In this document: positions 61,871 through 64,000 of the stretch, in pieces
Numbering within the stretch: the first letter of the stretch is position 1
Layout: every line of letters starts with the position of its first letter
Assembly: GCF_964213995.1 (NCBI RefSeq)
Contig: NW_027590121.1
Location: 558,001-622,000, forward strand
Direction of reading: 5' to 3'
Length of the DNA: 64,000 nucleotides
Source: Mustelus asterias
Lineage: Eukaryota
Made by a program: the position numbers and the translations under genes
The notes under the pieces: generated by a model
What the model saw: the letters and a program-made list of their open reading frames with translations, nothing else
Told to the model about the DNA's origin: nothing
Database searches by the model: none

Positions 61871-63762
61871 TATCTTTTCATTTATTACAAATACGTTAAT
61901 ACAAAACAATTAAAATACACAAAGCACAAATGTGAAAAATACATTACCAATAGCTAACGCCATCCATTTATCAGTCACTACCTTCTATTTCGGAAGGGTT
62001 CACTAACGGTCATAGTTTTCCAGGGCATTGCCCTCTCAATACACCTCCAATTACAAACCATAATCTACAAAGTGACAAACATTAGTCCAACACAACAAAA
62101 ATAAACATTGCAGCATATCCGCCACCCTCCAGGGCACCGCCTCCTGGGTTTTTCCCCTGCTGGGGGATGCAACCTTCCAGAGGTACTCAGGTCCGGGGGT
62201 TCCACCTAATGGATGTTTGGCTGGAGGGGGGAAATGGGAACCCACCCCGGACCTACTCAATCCGGAATCCCTTCCGGAGTTTCAGCCGGGGCGGTGGGAA
62301 AGGTTCTCCGGGATACTCAATTCGGCCTGCCGTCCCGATTTTCTCCCACAGAATAAGATCCCTCCGGTGTTACTGTGTCCGGGGCTTCACCACCCAGAAC
62401 TTTCCCCAACCGGATGTCACACCCCCCCCGGGGGTTACTCTATCCAGGGGGGGATGCCCCCCAGGCCACAAATCCGGCAAAGAATTTCTGTTGGTTAGTA
62501 CAAATACGATATTACAAAACAATTACAAATGCGCAAAGAACAAATATGAAAAATACATTACCGACGGCGAACGCCATCCATTTATCAATTACTACCTTCC
62601 ATTTCAGAAGGGTTCATCGTCGATTACAGTTTTCCAGGGCATTGCCCCTAAATACACCTCCATTTACAAATCATAATCTACAAATCTACAAACATTAACA
62701 CAACACCACAACTGTACACAACAAAAAATAAACACTGAAGCATAACCACTATCCTCCAGGGCACCGCCCCCTGGGTTTGTCCCCTACCGGGGGATGCAAC
62801 CCTCCAGAGGTACTAATGTCCGGGGTTACACATTACGGATGTTCGACCGGACGGGGGAAAAGGGGATACCACTCCGGACCTACTCCGTCCGGCATCCCTT
62901 CCGGAGTTTCAGCTGGGGCGGTGGGAAAGGCTCTCCGGGGTACTCATTTTGCGGGGGGGGGGCACTCCCCGACTTTCCCCCGGACTTTCTCCTGGAGAAT
63001 GGGGTCCCTCTGGTGTTACTATGTCCGGGGCTTCACCACCCAGAACGTTCCCAACCGGATGCTACACCCCCCGGGGGTTACTCTATCCAGGGGGGCGGGG
63101 GGAGATGCCCCCCAGGCCACAAATAATGCAAGGAAATAGACGGGGGTGGGGGGGGGGCGGAATAAACCACCAACTAATATAACAGGAGAACCACATATTA
63201 CGATAAACAATCCATTAACAACCATACAATTGTGAAACATTCCAGAGGCATCGCCTTCCAGAGCTTCGCCCATCAACATTACACCGTCCGAAGTCGACAA
63301 AGCTCAACTACAGTCTTCCAAAGTCCACCACTCCGGGCCAGATCTTCCAAAATCACACCCACTGGGGCTGCACCGTCTGGGGTCACACCTTCCGCGGCTG
63401 AACCTTCCGAAACCCTCGTTCCCAAATTGCTCCTCCCTGGCTAGGGTCTTCCGAGATTGCATCTACCTGGGCCACGCCATTCAAGGCACAGGAATCCCAG
63501 CGAGAGCAACATTCAACAAGCCCCAGCCGAAACAAAAAGTTCTTACACAAGTCACGAACCCAAGCACTTGAAACAGAAACTTCACGCCGACCAAGGCGTT
63601 CCTCCCAGCGGCCACATTTCCAAAAGCTCACCGCAAGGCGCGCATTAAGCCCGCCTTGAACTCCTTATCCTCTGCCCGCCCCCTGCCTGGAGCACACTAT
63701 ACTGGCCAACACGCAAAGCGAACGGCCAATATGGTGGACTGGCTGGACAATCCAATCTTTCC
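61871..63762 (-). mobile_element. Putative non-autonomous or truncated non-LTR element with 16-bp TSD
   Basis: CACTCACAGA(T/G)GTTGG at 61855-61870 and 63763-63778; minus-strand end AATAAATGAAAAGA; internal diverged duplication of about 600 bp. Confidence 0.65.
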
Positions 63763-63778
63763 CACTCACAGAGGTTGG

Positions 63779-64000
63779 TTTCTTTTTATTTATCACAAAT
63801 ACGTTAATACAAAGCAATTACAAATACACAAAAAATACATTACCAATGGCTAACGCCATCCATTTATCAGTTACTATCTTCTATTTCGGAAGGGTTCACT
63901 AACGGTCATAGTTTTCCAGGGCATTGCCCTCTCAATACACCTCCAATTACAAATCATAATCTACAAAGTGACAAACATTAGTACAACACAACAAGAATAA
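63779..64000 (-). mobile_element. 3' end of a second tandem copy of the same element (runs off the window)
   Basis: Highly similar to 61871-62105. Confidence 0.75.

Noticed and set aside
63383-63631. 82-aa minus ORF as a possible ORF2 remnant of the tandem element
   Set aside because: No convincing RT, endonuclease or zinc-knuckle motif

Overview
This is vertebrate genomic DNA, very likely from a shark or other cartilaginous fish, judged from HE1/V-SINE-like and Deu-SINE-like repeats, HER1/CR1 LINEs and Penelope elements. The window is a cluster of 11 paralogous C2H2 zinc-finger loci: about 8 have intact finger ORFs and 3 are disabled. They are mostly arranged as head-to-head pairs around duplicated CpG/CCAAT/NRF1-type promoters, embedded in dense retroelements (CR1, Tx1-like, RTE, Rex1/Babar, Crack/L2-like, Penelope, SINEs). 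No KRAB, SCAN or BTB domain was recognised. Four signals stand out. (1) Non-LTR retroelements are repeatedly and tandemly inserted at the same position, about 10 nt upstream of the presumed exon-1 splice donor (CCAACATCT|GTGAGT), in two paralogous ZNF genes. (2) Across the family a new start codon appears inside a finger linker (TGEKP to TMEKP), and the upstream fingers have decayed. (3) A TSD-flanked chimera joins a SINE head to a Tx1 LINE tail. (4) Penelope termini carry minimal hammerhead-ribozyme motifs. Repeat family names and boundaries were assigned by eye and are approximate.
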